From an uncultured Rhodocyclaceae bacterium (GTDB taxonomy: Bacteria; Pseudomonadota; Gammaproteobacteria; Burkholderiales; Rhodocyclaceae), in NCBI GenBank assembly GCA_964475635.1, contig CAYYXS010000019.1, positions 7,072-71,071 on the forward strand: a DNA stretch of 64,000 bases, given 5' to 3'. The notes below the pieces were generated by a model. That model had not been told where the DNA came from and made no database searches. It saw only the letters and a list, made by a program, of their open reading frames with translations. The translations under genes were made by a program, and so were the position numbers. The number at the start of each line of letters is the position of its first letter. Position 1 is the stretch's first letter. Positions 47,145-56,949 of the stretch are shown piece by piece.

Positions 47145-48410
47145 TCAGTTGGAACCGGCCACCTTGGGCTGGTCGGCGTAGATGAGGATCGGCTTGGAGG
47201 CACCCTCGATCATGCCCTCGTCGACCACAACCTTAGTGACATTCTCCATGTTGGGAAGTTCATACATGGTGTCGAGCAGGACTGATTCCAGGATGGAGCG
47301 CAGGCCGCGCGCGCCGGTCTTGCGCTTGAGCGCCCTGCGGGCGATCGCTTGCAGCGCCTGGGGACGGACCTCAAGCTCGGCGCCTTCCATGGCGAAGAGC
47401 TTCTGGTACTGCTTGATGAGGGCGTTCTTCGGCTCGACGAGGATCTCCATCAGCGCCGCCTCGTCCAGCTCGTGCAGCGTCGCCAGCACCGGCAGGCGGC
47501 CGACGAACTCGGGGATCAGGCCGAACTTGATGAGATCCTCCGGCTCGACCTTGCGCAGGGTCTCGGTGACGTCCTTGCTGTCGCGACTCTTCACCTCGGC
47601 GCCGAAGCCGATGCCGGCCTGTTCGGTGCGGTTGCGAATAACCTTGTCCAGTCCATCGAAGGCGCCGCCGCAGACGAACAGGATGTTGGTCGTGTCGACC
47701 TGTACGAAGTCCTGGTTCGGGTGCTTGCGCCCGCCCTGCGGCGGCACCGAGGCGATGGTGCCCTCGATCAGTTTCAGCAGGGCCTGCTGCACGCCCTCGC
47801 CGGAGACGTCGCGCGTGATGGACGGGTTGTCGCTCTTGCGCGAGATCTTGTCGATCTCGTCGATGTAGACGATCCCCTGCTGCGCCTTCTCGACTTCGTA
47901 GTCGCACTTCTGCAGCAGCTTCTGGATGATGTTCTCGACGTCTTCGCCGACGTAGCCGGCCTCGGTCAGGGTCGTCGCATCGGCCATGACGAAGGGCACG
48001 TTGAGCAGGCGCGCCAGGGTCTGCGCCAGCAAAGTCTTGCCCGAACCGGTCGGCCCGATCAGCAGGATGTTGCTCTTGGCCAGTTCCACCTCGTCGCTCT
48101 TCGACAGGTGCTTGAGGCGCTTGTAGTGGTTGTAGACGGCGACGGAGAGGATGCGCTTGGCCGGATCCTGTCCGATGACGTACTGGTCGAGGATGGCGCA
48201 GATTTCCCTTGGCGTCGGCAGGTCGCCCTTGCCGCCCTTGCCGCCGTGGTCGGCGGCAATCTCGTCGCGGATGATGTCGTTGCACAGCTCGATGCACTCG
48301 TCGCAGATGAAGACCGAGGGGCCGGCAATCAGCTTCCTCACCTCGTGCTGGCTCTTGCCGCAGAAGGAACAGTAGAGGAGTTTCTCGCCGCTGCCTTTTT
48401 TGTCCGTCAT
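47145..48410 (-). CDS. clpX: Clp protease ATP-binding subunit ClpX
   Basis: CSFC...CDEC zinc finger, [21 protein letters not shown] loop. Confidence 0.99.
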   Translation of the reverse strand: MTDKKGSGEKLLYCSFCGKSQHEVRKLIAGPSVFICDECIELCNDIIRDEIAADHGGKGGKGDLPTPREICAILDQYVIGQDPAKRILSVAVYNHYKRLKHLSKSDEVELAKSNILLIGPTGSGKTLLAQTLARLLNVPFVMADATTLTEAGYVGEDVENIIQKLLQKCDYEVEKAQQGIVYIDEIDKISRKSDNPSITRDVSGEGVQQALLKLIEGTIASVPPQGGRKHPNQDFVQVDTTNILFVCGGAFDGLDKVIRNRTEQAGIGFGAEVKSRDSKDVTETLRKVEPEDLIKFGLIPEFVGRLPVLATLHELDEAALMEILVEPKNALIKQYQKLFAMEGAELEVRPQALQAIARRALKRKTGARGLRSILESVLLDTMYELPNMENVTKVVVDEGMIEGASKPILIYADQPKVAGSN

Positions 48411-48429
48411 CTCTGTCTCCGGTCGTTCG

Positions 48430-49080
48430 TTACGCCGCGGTCTCTGCGCGGTTCGTCAGCACCTTGTCCACCAGGCCATAGTCGACCGCCTCTGGGCCCG
48501 AGAGGAAATTGTCCCGGTCGGTATCGCGCTCGATGCGTTCCACCGGCTGGCCGGTGTGCTTGGACATGAGTTCGTTCAGCCGCGCACGCAGGTAGAGAAT
48601 TTCCTTGGCGTGGATCTCGATGTCGGAGGCCTGGCCCTGGAAGCCGCCCATCGGCTGGTGGATCATGACGCGCGAATTGGGCAGGCAATAGCGCTTGCCC
48701 TTGGCGCCGGCCGTCAGCAGGAAGGCGCCCATGCTCGCCGCCTGGCCGATGCAGAGCGTGGACACGTCGGGCTTGACGAACTGCATGGTGTCGTAAATGG
48801 CCAGGCCCGCCGAGACGGAGCCGCCCGGCGAATTGATGTAGAAGTAGATGTCCTTGTCGGGGTTTTCCGACTCGAGGAACAGCAACTGGGCGACTATCAG
48901 ATTGGCCGTGGCGTCGTTCACCGGGCCGACAAGGAAAACGACGCGCTCCTTCAGCAGGCGCGAATAGATGTCGTAGGCACGTTCGCCGCGCCCGCTCTGC
49001 TCGATCACCATGGGAACCAGGCCCAGGGCCTGGGGATCCCACCGGTCGTGCTGTCTCGAATTATCGCTGTTGAACATCAT
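48430..49080 (-). CDS. clpP: Clp protease proteolytic subunit
   Basis: [21 protein letters not shown]. Confidence 0.99.
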   Translation of the reverse strand: MMFNSDNSRQHDRWDPQALGLVPMVIEQSGRGERAYDIYSRLLKERVVFLVGPVNDATANLIVAQLLFLESENPDKDIYFYINSPGGSVSAGLAIYDTMQFVKPDVSTLCIGQAASMGAFLLTAGAKGKRYCLPNSRVMIHQPMGGFQGQASDIEIHAKEILYLRARLNELMSKHTGQPVERIERDTDRDNFLSGPEAVDYGLVDKVLTNRAETAA

Positions 49081-49088
49081 GCTGCCTT

Positions 49089-49127
49089 CCCCTCACCTCC
49101 AACCCCTCTCCCTGGAGGAGAAGGGAG
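49089..49127. repeat. REP-like CCCTCTCCC-N-GG(A)GAGGG hairpin element
   Basis: CCCCTCACCTCCAACCCCTCTCCCTGGAGGAGAAGGGAG; related copies at 58935-58962 and 62604-62624. Confidence 0.6.
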
Positions 49128-49162
49128 CTTCATGATCGCTACGCGATTTACTCGCATGGGCA

Positions 49163-50467
49163 TCATGCCGCATTTCCCATCAATTCGTCAAAAGCGACCG
49201 CCTTGTCGGTGGTCTTCGCATTGGCCACCACCCAGTTCACCACGTTTTCCTCGATGGCGAGGGCCTCGACCTGGGCCAGGCGTTGCGGCTGGGAGTAGTA
49301 CCAGTGCACCACCTCTTCCGGTTTTTCGTAGGACTGCGCCTGCTCGTCGATCAGCGTTCGCACCTGCTCTGGCTTCGCGTGCAGGTCGTTCGCCTTGACC
49401 GCTTCGGCAATGATCAAGCCGAGCTTGACCCGGCGCTCGGCCTGGACGGCAAACCAGGCCGCATCGACGGGCATGTTCTTGGTGTCTACGCCACGATTCG
49501 CCAAATCTTGACGGGCGGCCTCCGCCATCGACTCGGATTCCTGCTCGATCAAGGCCTTGGGCACCTCCAGCGGATTGGCATCGATCAGAACCTGCATGGC
49601 CTGTTCCTTGACTTTTGCCTTGATGCGCTTGCTCACCTCGTTTTCCAGGTTGGCGCGTATTTCGGTTCGCATCCTGCCGATGTCGCCATCCTCGATGCCG
49701 AGGGAGCGGGCGAAATCCGCATCGACCGCCGGCAGCAGGGGCGCCTCGACTTGCTTCAGCTTCACCTCGAAGCCGACCAGCTTGCCGGCCAGTTCGGCCA
49801 CCTGATAATCGCCCGGAAAGGTCAGGTCGAAGGTCCTGCTTTCACCCGGCGTCAGGCCGACGATGCCGTTTTCGAATTCCGGCAGCATGCGACCTTCTCC
49901 CAGCACCACCGGATAATCCGTGGCCTGGCCGCCCTTGAAAATCTCGCCGTCGAGTCTACCGGTGAAATCGATAGTGACGCGATCGCCATTCCCAGCCGCC
50001 CTCTCGACCGCCGAGTAGGTCGTTCGCTGCTTGCGCAGGACTTCCAGGGTCTTGTCGACTTCTGCATCGCCCAGCTCGATCTGCGGGCGCTCGATGTTTT
50101 TATCGCCCAGCCCATTCAGCTTCACTTCGGGGTACACCTCGAACACCGCCGAGAACTCCAGCCTGGAGGCATCCTCGCCGCTCTTCGGTTCGATGCGCGG
50201 ATAACCGGCGACGCGCAGGTTCTGCTCGCGCACGGCCGTGCCGAAGGCTTTCTCCACTGCCTCGCCGATGGCCTCGGAGCGGGCCTGGGCGCCGTAGTGC
50301 TGCTGCACCATCCTGAACGGCACCTTGCCGGGGCGAAAACCGGCCATCTTCACGGTGCGCGCCATCGTCTTCAGGCGCTGTTCGACTTCCTTATCAATAT
50401 CCGCCATCTGCACCACCATTTCGATGCGGCGCTCCAGGGGGCTTGCGGGTTGCGGGTTGGTCTGCAT
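49163..50467 (-). CDS. tig: Trigger factor
   Basis: GFRPGKVP ribosome-binding motif, FKBP-like domain, upstream of clpP. Confidence 0.98.
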   Translation of the reverse strand: MQTNPQPASPLERRIEMVVQMADIDKEVEQRLKTMARTVKMAGFRPGKVPFRMVQQHYGAQARSEAIGEAVEKAFGTAVREQNLRVAGYPRIEPKSGEDASRLEFSAVFEVYPEVKLNGLGDKNIERPQIELGDAEVDKTLEVLRKQRTTYSAVERAAGNGDRVTIDFTGRLDGEIFKGGQATDYPVVLGEGRMLPEFENGIVGLTPGESRTFDLTFPGDYQVAELAGKLVGFEVKLKQVEAPLLPAVDADFARSLGIEDGDIGRMRTEIRANLENEVSKRIKAKVKEQAMQVLIDANPLEVPKALIEQESESMAEAARQDLANRGVDTKNMPVDAAWFAVQAERRVKLGLIIAEAVKANDLHAKPEQVRTLIDEQAQSYEKPEEVVHWYYSQPQRLAQVEALAIEENVVNWVVANAKTTDKAVAFDELMGNAA

Positions 50468-50516
50468 GAAAAATCCTAGTGTGAATCAGTGAGTTGTCCA
50501 GGGCAGTCGATCGGCC

Positions 50517-50601
50517 TGGTGCGAAGGGCGGGACTTGAACCCGCACGCCTCGCGGCGCTGGAACCTAAATCCAGTGCGTCTGCCAATTCCGCCACCTTCG
50601 C
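50517..50601 (-). tRNA. tRNA-Leu(TAG)
   Basis: 85 nt with long variable arm; anticodon arm CTGGA-TTTAGGT-TCCAG; 3' CCA. Confidence 0.96.
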
Positions 50602-50672
50602 GTGCCGCCATTCTACCTTATACTGGCGACCCCGGCAGCAGGCGCAAGTACCCGTCCAGTCGAGTTTTTTCC

Positions 50673-51482
50673 ATGTCGGTCGACCATTACGAGAATTTCC
50701 CCGTCGCCTCGTTCCTGCTGCCGCCGCGATTGCGCGAGCCGGTCAGGGCCATCTACGGGTTCGCCCGCGGCGCCGACGACATCGCCGACGAGGGCGCGCT
50801 TTCCGACGCCGAGCGCCTGGCAGGCCTCGACCGCTACCGTGCCGGACTGGACGCCATCGAGGCCGGCAGTCCGACGCCGGATCCGGTTTTCCTGCGCCTG
50901 CAGCCGGTCATCGCCGAATTCGGCCTGCCGCTGCGTCCATTCCGCGACCTGCTCGATGCCTTCGGCCAGGACGTGGTGAAGAAGCGCTATGCCGATTTCG
51001 CCGAACTGATGGACTACTGCCGCCGCTCCGCCGATCCCATCGGCCGGCTGCTGCTGCACCTGTACGGAATCGGGGACGCGAAAAGTCAGTCCCTGTCGGA
51101 CGGCGTCTGCAGCGCCCTGCAGCTCATCAACCACTGGCAGGACATCGCCATCGACTGGCAGAAGGGGCGCCTCTACCTGCCGCAGGACGAACTGGCGCGC
51201 TTCGGCATCCGGGAAGCGCAGATCGCCGAAGGGCGCTGGGACGCCGCCTGGGCGGCGATGATGGATTTCCAGGTCGACCGCGCCCGCGCCTTGATGGCGG
51301 CCGGCAGCCCGCTGGTGCATCGGTTGCCGGGGCGCATCGGCCTGGAACTGCGCCTGATCGTCGCCAGCGGCTTTCGCATGCTGGACAAGCTCGCCCGCGT
51401 GCGCGGCGACGTGTTTCGCCGACGGCCGGTCGTTACCGCCGGCGACTGGCCGAAGATCCTGCTGCACGCTGCGCTAGGATGA
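50673..51482 (+). CDS. hpnC: Hydroxysqualene synthase
   Basis: HYENFPVAS, ARGADDIADEG, LQLINHWQD. Confidence 0.92.
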   Translation: MSVDHYENFPVASFLLPPRLREPVRAIYGFARGADDIADEGALSDAERLAGLDRYRAGLDAIEAGSPTPDPVFLRLQPVIAEFGLPLRPFRDLLDAFGQDVVKKRYADFAELMDYCRRSADPIGRLLLHLYGIGDAKSQSLSDGVCSALQLINHWQDIAIDWQKGRLYLPQDELARFGIREAQIAEGRWDAAWAAMMDFQVDRARALMAAGSPLVHRLPGRIGLELRLIVASGFRMLDKLARVRGDVFRRRPVVTAGDWPKILLHAALG

Positions 51483-51486
51483 TGGC

Positions 51487-52320
51487 GTGAGCCCAGACGA
51501 ATATTGCCAGCGCAAGGCGGCCGAGAGCGGCTCCAGCTTCTATTACAGCTTCCTGTTCCTGCCGCCCGAACGCCGCCGCGCCATCACCGCGCTCTACGCC
51601 TTCTGCCGCGAGGTGGACGACGTCGTCGACGAGTGCGGCGATGCCCAGCTGGCGCATGCCAAGCTGGTCTGGTGGCGCGCCGAATTGTCCGCCGCCTACG
51701 AGGGCCGGCCGACGCATCCGGTGACGCGATCGCTCGCCGACGCCCTGCGCGTCTTCAGCCTGCCGCAGGAGCTGCTTGTCGAGATCATCGACGGCATGGA
51801 AATGGATCTTTCCCGGAGCCGCTACCCGGACTTCAAGACGCTACACCTCTACTGCTACCGCGTCGCCGCCACGGTCGGCCTGCTGGCGGCGGAAATCTTC
51901 GGCTACGAGGACCGCCGCACCCTGAAATACGCGCACGATCTCGGCCTGGCCTTCCAGCTCACCAACATCATCCGCGACGTCGGCGAGGACGCGCGGCGCG
52001 GACGCATCTACCTCCCCGCCGAGGAACTGGCACAGTTCGGCGTCGGTGCCGACGACATCCTGCATGCGCGCTACGGCGATGCCTTCCGGCGCCTGATGCT
52101 GTTCCAGATCGAGCGCGCGGAAAAATACTATGAGCAGGCCTTCGCCGAACTGCCGGCGCAGGACCGAGCGGCGCAGCGCCCCGGCCTCGTCATGGCGGCG
52201 ATCTACCGCACCCTGCTGGCCGAAATCCGCCGCGACGGCTGCCGCGTGCTCGACCGCCGCATCGCGCTCACGCCACTGCGCAAGCTGTGGCTCGCCTGGC
52301 GCGCCTGGAATAAAGGCTGA
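51487..52320 (+). CDS. hpnD: Presqualene diphosphate synthase
   Basis: SSFYYSF, CREVDDVVDE, QLTNIIRDVGED. Confidence 0.93.
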   Translation: MSPDEYCQRKAAESGSSFYYSFLFLPPERRRAITALYAFCREVDDVVDECGDAQLAHAKLVWWRAELSAAYEGRPTHPVTRSLADALRVFSLPQELLVEIIDGMEMDLSRSRYPDFKTLHLYCYRVAATVGLLAAEIFGYEDRRTLKYAHDLGLAFQLTNIIRDVGEDARRGRIYLPAEELAQFGVGADDILHARYGDAFRRLMLFQIERAEKYYEQAFAELPAQDRAAQRPGLVMAAIYRTLLAEIRRDGCRVLDRRIALTPLRKLWLAWRAWNKG

Positions 52321-52325
52321 GCGGG

Positions 52326-53609
52326 ATGCACGTCGCCATCATCGGCGCGGGCTATGCCGGCATGGCGACGGCGGCGGAACTCGCCGCACAGGGGGTGCGC
52401 ACCAGCGTCTTCGAAACCTCGCGCACCCTGGGCGGACGCGCGCGCCGCATCGAGCTGCACGGCCAGCCGCTCGACAACGGCCAGCACATCCTGGTCGGCG
52501 CCTATCGCGAACTGCTGCGCCTGATGCGGCTGGTCGGCGCCGATCCGGAGGTCCTGCTCGAGCGGCTTCCGCTGGCCATGCACTACCCGGGCAGGATGCG
52601 CCTCGCCGCCCCGCGCCTGCCGGCGCCGCTGCATCTGGCGGCGGCCCTTCTCACCGCGCGCGGTCTGCCCTTCCCGGCACGCCTGGCCGCGGTGCGCTTC
52701 ATGCGCCGGCTGCAACAGGACGGCTTCCGGCTGTCCCGGGACATCGCAGTCGCCGATCTGCTGACGCGCCATGGCCAGCATGAAGCCGTGCGGCGCTACC
52801 TGTGGGAACCGCTCTGCGTCTCGGCGCTCAACACGCCGCCGGCCGAAGCCTCGGCCCAGGTTTTCCTCAACGTCCTGCGCGACAGCCTGGCCGCGGAGCG
52901 CGAGGCGAGCGACCTGCTCATCGCGCGCACCGATTTCTCGGCGCTGTTCCCCGAGCCGGCCGAGCGCTTTGTGCTGGCACGCGGCGGCGAGGTACTGCGC
53001 GGCTGCCGCATCGGTGCCGTCACCCGGGATCCCTACGGCTTCCGCCTCGCGGGCGATCCGTCCGGCCGCAGCTACACGCATGTCGTGGCGGCGGTGGCGC
53101 CCTATCACCTCGCCCCCCTGGCGGCAAAACTGCCCCGGCTGCAACCGACGCTGGACACCGTTTCGCGCCTCGAGCACGAGCCGATCCTCACCGTCTACCT
53201 TGCCTATCCGCAGCCAGTGCACCTGCCCGGCGCCATGGTCGGCGTGGGCGGCACGGCCCATTTCCTGTTCCGTCGCAGCGAGCGAATCGTCGCCGCCGTG
53301 ACGAGCGCGCGCGGCCCCCATCTGGATCTGCCGCGCGAAGCATTGCTTGCGCGCATGCAGGCGGAAATCGAGGCCGTCGCCGGGCCCCTGCCGCCGCCGG
53401 CCTGGACGCAGACCGTCGTCGACCGGCGCGCCACCTTCGCCTGCCGTCCCGGCGTCGAACGGCCGCACAGCGAGACGCCGCTCGCCAACTTCCTGGTCGC
53501 GGGCGATTACGTCGCCTCGGACTACCCGGCGACGCTGGAGGCCGCCGTGCGCAGCGGCGTCGCCTGCGCCCGGATCGTCAGCTCACAAGCCGTCCGCCGC
53601 TCAACCTGA
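52326..53609 (+). CDS. hpnE: Hydroxysqualene dehydroxylase (FAD-dependent)
   Basis: IIGAGYAG, LGGRAR, DNGQHIL, YPATLEAAVRSG; follows hpnCD. Confidence 0.9.
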   Translation: MHVAIIGAGYAGMATAAELAAQGVRTSVFETSRTLGGRARRIELHGQPLDNGQHILVGAYRELLRLMRLVGADPEVLLERLPLAMHYPGRMRLAAPRLPAPLHLAAALLTARGLPFPARLAAVRFMRRLQQDGFRLSRDIAVADLLTRHGQHEAVRRYLWEPLCVSALNTPPAEASAQVFLNVLRDSLAAEREASDLLIARTDFSALFPEPAERFVLARGGEVLRGCRIGAVTRDPYGFRLAGDPSGRSYTHVVAAVAPYHLAPLAAKLPRLQPTLDTVSRLEHEPILTVYLAYPQPVHLPGAMVGVGGTAHFLFRRSERIVAAVTSARGPHLDLPREALLARMQAEIEAVAGPLPPPAWTQTVVDRRATFACRPGVERPHSETPLANFLVAGDYVASDYPATLEAAVRSGVACARIVSSQAVRRST

Positions 53610-54267
53610 GCTCGCGGCTGCAGCGCGCGGCGATCGCCGCATCGTGCGTCACCAGCACCAACGTCGTGCCCCGCTCGGCATTGAGGGCGAACATCAGGTC
53701 GATGATCGCCGCGCCGGTGGCGGCGTCGAGGTTTCCGGTCGGTTCGTCGGCCAGCAGCAGGCGAGGTTTCACGGCGAAGGCCCGTGCGATGGCGACGCGC
53801 TGCTGCTCGCCGCCGGACAGATGCTTCGGGTAATGGCCGAGACGCTCGGCGAGGCCGGCGCGCGCCAGCAACTGCTCCGCATCGGCGCGCGCCCCGGAGC
53901 GCCCGGCCAGTTCCAGCGGCAGCATGACATTCTCCAGGGCGGTGAGCGCCGGCAGCAGCTGGAAGGACTGGAAGACGAAGCCGAGCATGGCGCCGCGCAA
54001 TTCTGCGCGCGCATCCTCGTCGAGGGTGGATAGGTCATGCCCGGCCAGACGCACGCGTCCTTGCGTCGGAACATCCAGGCCGGCCAGCAGCCCAAGCAGC
54101 GTCGATTTGCCCGAACCGGAGGCACCGACGATCGCCACCGCCTCGCCGGCCATGACCTTGAAGGAAATCTCGTGCAGAATCGTCAGGCGGCCGTCGCCGC
54201 TGGGCACTTCCTTGCCAAGCGACTCGGCCTCAACCATGGGTGCCGATGTGTCGAAACTGAAATTCAT
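53578..54267 (-). CDS. ABC ATPase (YbbA/LolD-like)
   Basis: GASGSGKS, LSGGEQQR, LADEPTGNLD; start uncertain (54237 or 54267). Confidence 0.88.
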   Translation of the reverse strand: MNFSFDTSAPMVEAESLGKEVPSGDGRLTILHEISFKVMAGEAVAIVGASGSGKSTLLGLLAGLDVPTQGRVRLAGHDLSTLDEDARAELRGAMLGFVFQSFQLLPALTALENVMLPLELAGRSGARADAEQLLARAGLAERLGHYPKHLSGGEQQRVAIARAFAVKPRLLLADEPTGNLDAATGAAIIDLMFALNAERGTTLVLVTHDAAIAARCSRELRLSGGRLVS

Positions 54268-54859
54268 CTCCGCGGGATTCTTTCTTCTCTTCTCGTTCGC
54301 CGTCCACGCGGCGGGCAGCATCCTAGTCGTCGGCGACAGCCTGTCGGCCGGCTACGGCCTCGCCCAGGGCCAGTCCTGGCCGGCGCTGCTGGAAAAGCGC
54401 CTGCGCGAACAGCGCCTGGATTATAGCGTCGTCAATGCCAGCATCAGCGGCGACACCACGGCGGGCGGCGCCAGCCGCCTCGGCGCCGCGCTCGACCGGG
54501 CGAAGCCCTCGATCGTCATCATCGCGCTGGGGGGCAACGATGGCCTGCGGGGGCTGCCCGTGGCAGCCATGCGCGACAACCTGAACGCCATGCTCGAAAC
54601 CGCGCGCATGCGCAGGGCGCGCATCGTGCTGGCCGGCATGAGGCTGCCGCCCAACTACGGCAGTGACTACACGCAGGCCTTCGAGCGCAGCTATGCCGAC
54701 CTGGCGCGCCGCCACAAGGCAGCGCTGGTACCCTTCCTGCTCGATGGCGTGGCCGAGCGGCGCGAGTTGTTCCAGTCCGACAACATCCATCCGACTGCCG
54801 AAGCCCAGCCGATCATTCTCGACACTGTCTGGAGGGTGTTGCGCCCGCTGCTCAAATGA
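54248..54859 (+). CDS. tesA: SGNH arylesterase / acyl-CoA thioesterase I
   Basis: Signal peptide, GDSLSAGYG, NASISGDTT, LGGNDGLRG, DNIHP; start uncertain (54236 or 54248). Confidence 0.9.
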   Translation: MSKLKFISAGFFLLFSFAVHAAGSILVVGDSLSAGYGLAQGQSWPALLEKRLREQRLDYSVVNASISGDTTAGGASRLGAALDRAKPSIVIIALGGNDGLRGLPVAAMRDNLNAMLETARMRRARIVLAGMRLPPNYGSDYTQAFERSYADLARRHKAALVPFLLDGVAERRELFQSDNIHPTAEAQPIILDTVWRVLRPLLK

Positions 54860-55889
54860 CCGTCAGGCCAGGCGTCCTCGCCTCCAGCCGGCCGATGGCG
54901 CGCGCCTCGGCAAAACCGGCGCCGTGCAGCTCGGCCAGCACGGCGGATTCCGCTTCCGGCGCGCAGGCAATCAGCAGGCCGCCGCTGGTCTGCGGATCGG
55001 TGAGCAGCTTCTGCTGCCAGTCGGCCATGCCTTCGGGCAGGCTCACCTCGGCGCCGTAGCCGTTCCAGTTGCGTGCCGAGGCGCCGGTGGATATGCCTTC
55101 TTTCACGAAGCCAACGGCCTCGGGGATCAGCGGCAAATCGGCGAAGCGCAGCGTGGCGCCGAGCTTCGAGCCGCGGCAGAGTTCCAGCAGGTGGCCGGCC
55201 AGGCCGAAGCCGGTGACGTCGGTCAGGGCATGCACGCCGTCCATCTCGGCCAGACGCGCGCCCGCCGTATTGAGCTGCGTCGTGTGACGGATCATGGTGG
55301 CATAGCCCTCGGGCGTCAGCAGGCCTTTCTTCAGCGCCGCGGAGAGGATGCCGACGCCGAGCGGCTTGCCGAGGATCAGCGCATCGCCCGCCCGCGCGCC
55401 GCTGTTCCTTTTGACGCGCTGCGGATGCACCAGGCCGAGGGCCACCAGGCCGTAGATCGGTTCCAGCACGTCGATGGAATGGCCGCCGGCGATGGGAATG
55501 CCGGCTTCGGCGCAGACCGACTCGCCGCCGGCAAGGATCCTGCGGATCACTTCCAGCGGCAGCTTGTCGAGCGGCATGCCGACCACGGCCAGCGCCATGA
55601 TCGGCCGCCCGCCCATGGCGTAGATGTCGGACAGGGCGTTGGTGGCGGCGATGCGGCCGAAGTCGTAGGGGTCGTCCACGATGGGCGTGAAGAAATCCGT
55701 CGTGGCGACGATGGCCTGCTCGTCGTTGAGCTTGTAGACCGCCGCGTCGTCGGCGGTTTCCGTGCCGACGATGAGCTCCTTCGGCATGCTGCGCAGCGGC
55801 GTGTCGGCGAGCAGCTCGGTCAGCACGGCCGGCGCGATTTTGCAGCCGCAACCGCCGCCATGGGAGAATTGGGTGAGTTTGATATCCAT
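54852..55889 (-). CDS. selD: Selenide, water dikinase (Cys form)
   Basis: LTQFSHGGGCGCK, DDAAVY, TTDFFTP, AATNALSDIYAMG, TDVTGFGL, DPQTSGGLL. Confidence 0.97.
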   Translation of the reverse strand: MDIKLTQFSHGGGCGCKIAPAVLTELLADTPLRSMPKELIVGTETADDAAVYKLNDEQAIVATTDFFTPIVDDPYDFGRIAATNALSDIYAMGGRPIMALAVVGMPLDKLPLEVIRRILAGGESVCAEAGIPIAGGHSIDVLEPIYGLVALGLVHPQRVKRNSGARAGDALILGKPLGVGILSAALKKGLLTPEGYATMIRHTTQLNTAGARLAEMDGVHALTDVTGFGLAGHLLELCRGSKLGATLRFADLPLIPEAVGFVKEGISTGASARNWNGYGAEVSLPEGMADWQQKLLTDPQTSGGLLIACAPEAESAVLAELHGAGFAEARAIGRLEARTPGLTVI

Positions 55890-55896
55890 GATTGAA

Positions 55897-56949
55897 ATGA
55901 AATCGACAGGCGTTGCGAACCTAACACAGCTGGGCGAATTTGACGAGATCATCGACGTGCGCTCGCCGGCCGAGTATGCCGAAGACCACATCCCCGGCGC
56001 GGTCAATTGCCCAGTGCTCTCCGACGAGGAGCGCGCCCGCGTCGGCACGCTCTACAAGCAGGCATCGCCCTTCGCCGCCAAGAAGCTCGGCGCCACGCTG
56101 GTCGCCCGCCATATCGCCGAGCATATCGAAACGCGCTTCCTCGACCGGCCGCGCGAATGGCGTCCGCTGGTCTACTGCTGGCGCGGCGGCAAGCGCAGCG
56201 GCGCCATGAGCCACGTGCTGCGCCAGATCGGCTGGCCGGCCTGCGCGCTGGAAGGCGGCTACAAGTCCTGGCGCCGCCATGTCGTGGCGGAACTGGCCGT
56301 GCTGCCGCGCCGCTTCGCCTTCCGCGTCGTCACCGGTGCCACCGGCAGCGGCAAGAGCCGCCTGCTGGAAGCGCTCGCCGCGCAGGGCGCGCAGGTGCTC
56401 GACCTGGAACGGCTGGCGGCGCACAAGGGTTCGGTGCTCGGCGGCCTGCCCGACGAGGCCCAGCCCTCGCAGAAGATGTTCGAGAGCCGCCTGCTCGCCG
56501 TGCTGGGGAGACTGACTTTATCGGCGCCGATCTACGTCGAGGCGGAGAGCCGCAGGATCGGACAGATTCAGGTTCCGGATGCGCTGCTGGAAACCATGCG
56601 CGCCAGCCCCTGCCTGCGCATCGAGGCCACCGATGCCGCGCGCGTCGCCTTCCTCATCGGCGACTACGACTACTTCCTCGCCGACCCCGCCGCGCTCAAG
56701 GAGAAGCTCGCCTGCCTGCGCGAGCTGCAGAGCGGCGAGACGCTGTCGCGCTGGAACGCGCTCGCAGACGCCGGAGACTGGCCGGCGCTGGTGGCCGAGC
56801 TGCTGGCGCAGCACTACGATCCACTCTACAAGCGCTCGCAGGGAAAGAACTACGTCCGTTTCGCCGATGCGCCGCGCTTCGCCACGGACGATCTTTCGCC
56901 GGCCGGCCTGGCGCGGCTGGCGCAGGAGATCCTCGCTACATCTGCCTGA
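55897..56949 (+). CDS. mnmH: tRNA 2-selenouridine(34) synthase (SelU/YbbB)
   Basis: Rhodanese IIDVRSPAEY...YCWRGGKRS, P-loop GATGSGKS, HKGSVLG, VEAESRRIG; start 55888 or 55897. Confidence 0.94.
   Translation: MKSTGVANLTQLGEFDEIIDVRSPAEYAEDHIPGAVNCPVLSDEERARVGTLYKQASPFAAKKLGATLVARHIAEHIETRFLDRPREWRPLVYCWRGGKRSGAMSHVLRQIGWPACALEGGYKSWRRHVVAELAVLPRRFAFRVVTGATGSGKSRLLEALAAQGAQVLDLERLAAHKGSVLGGLPDEAQPSQKMFESRLLAVLGRLTLSAPIYVEAESRRIGQIQVPDALLETMRASPCLRIEATDAARVAFLIGDYDYFLADPAALKEKLACLRELQSGETLSRWNALADAGDWPALVAELLAQHYDPLYKRSQGKNYVRFADAPRFATDDLSPAGLARLAQEILATSA

Noticed and set aside
55875-55889. Possible selenocysteine (TGA) recoding in SelD or neighbours
   Set aside because: SelD reads HGGGCGCK with Cys codons; no interrupted ORF needing TGA read-through was seen
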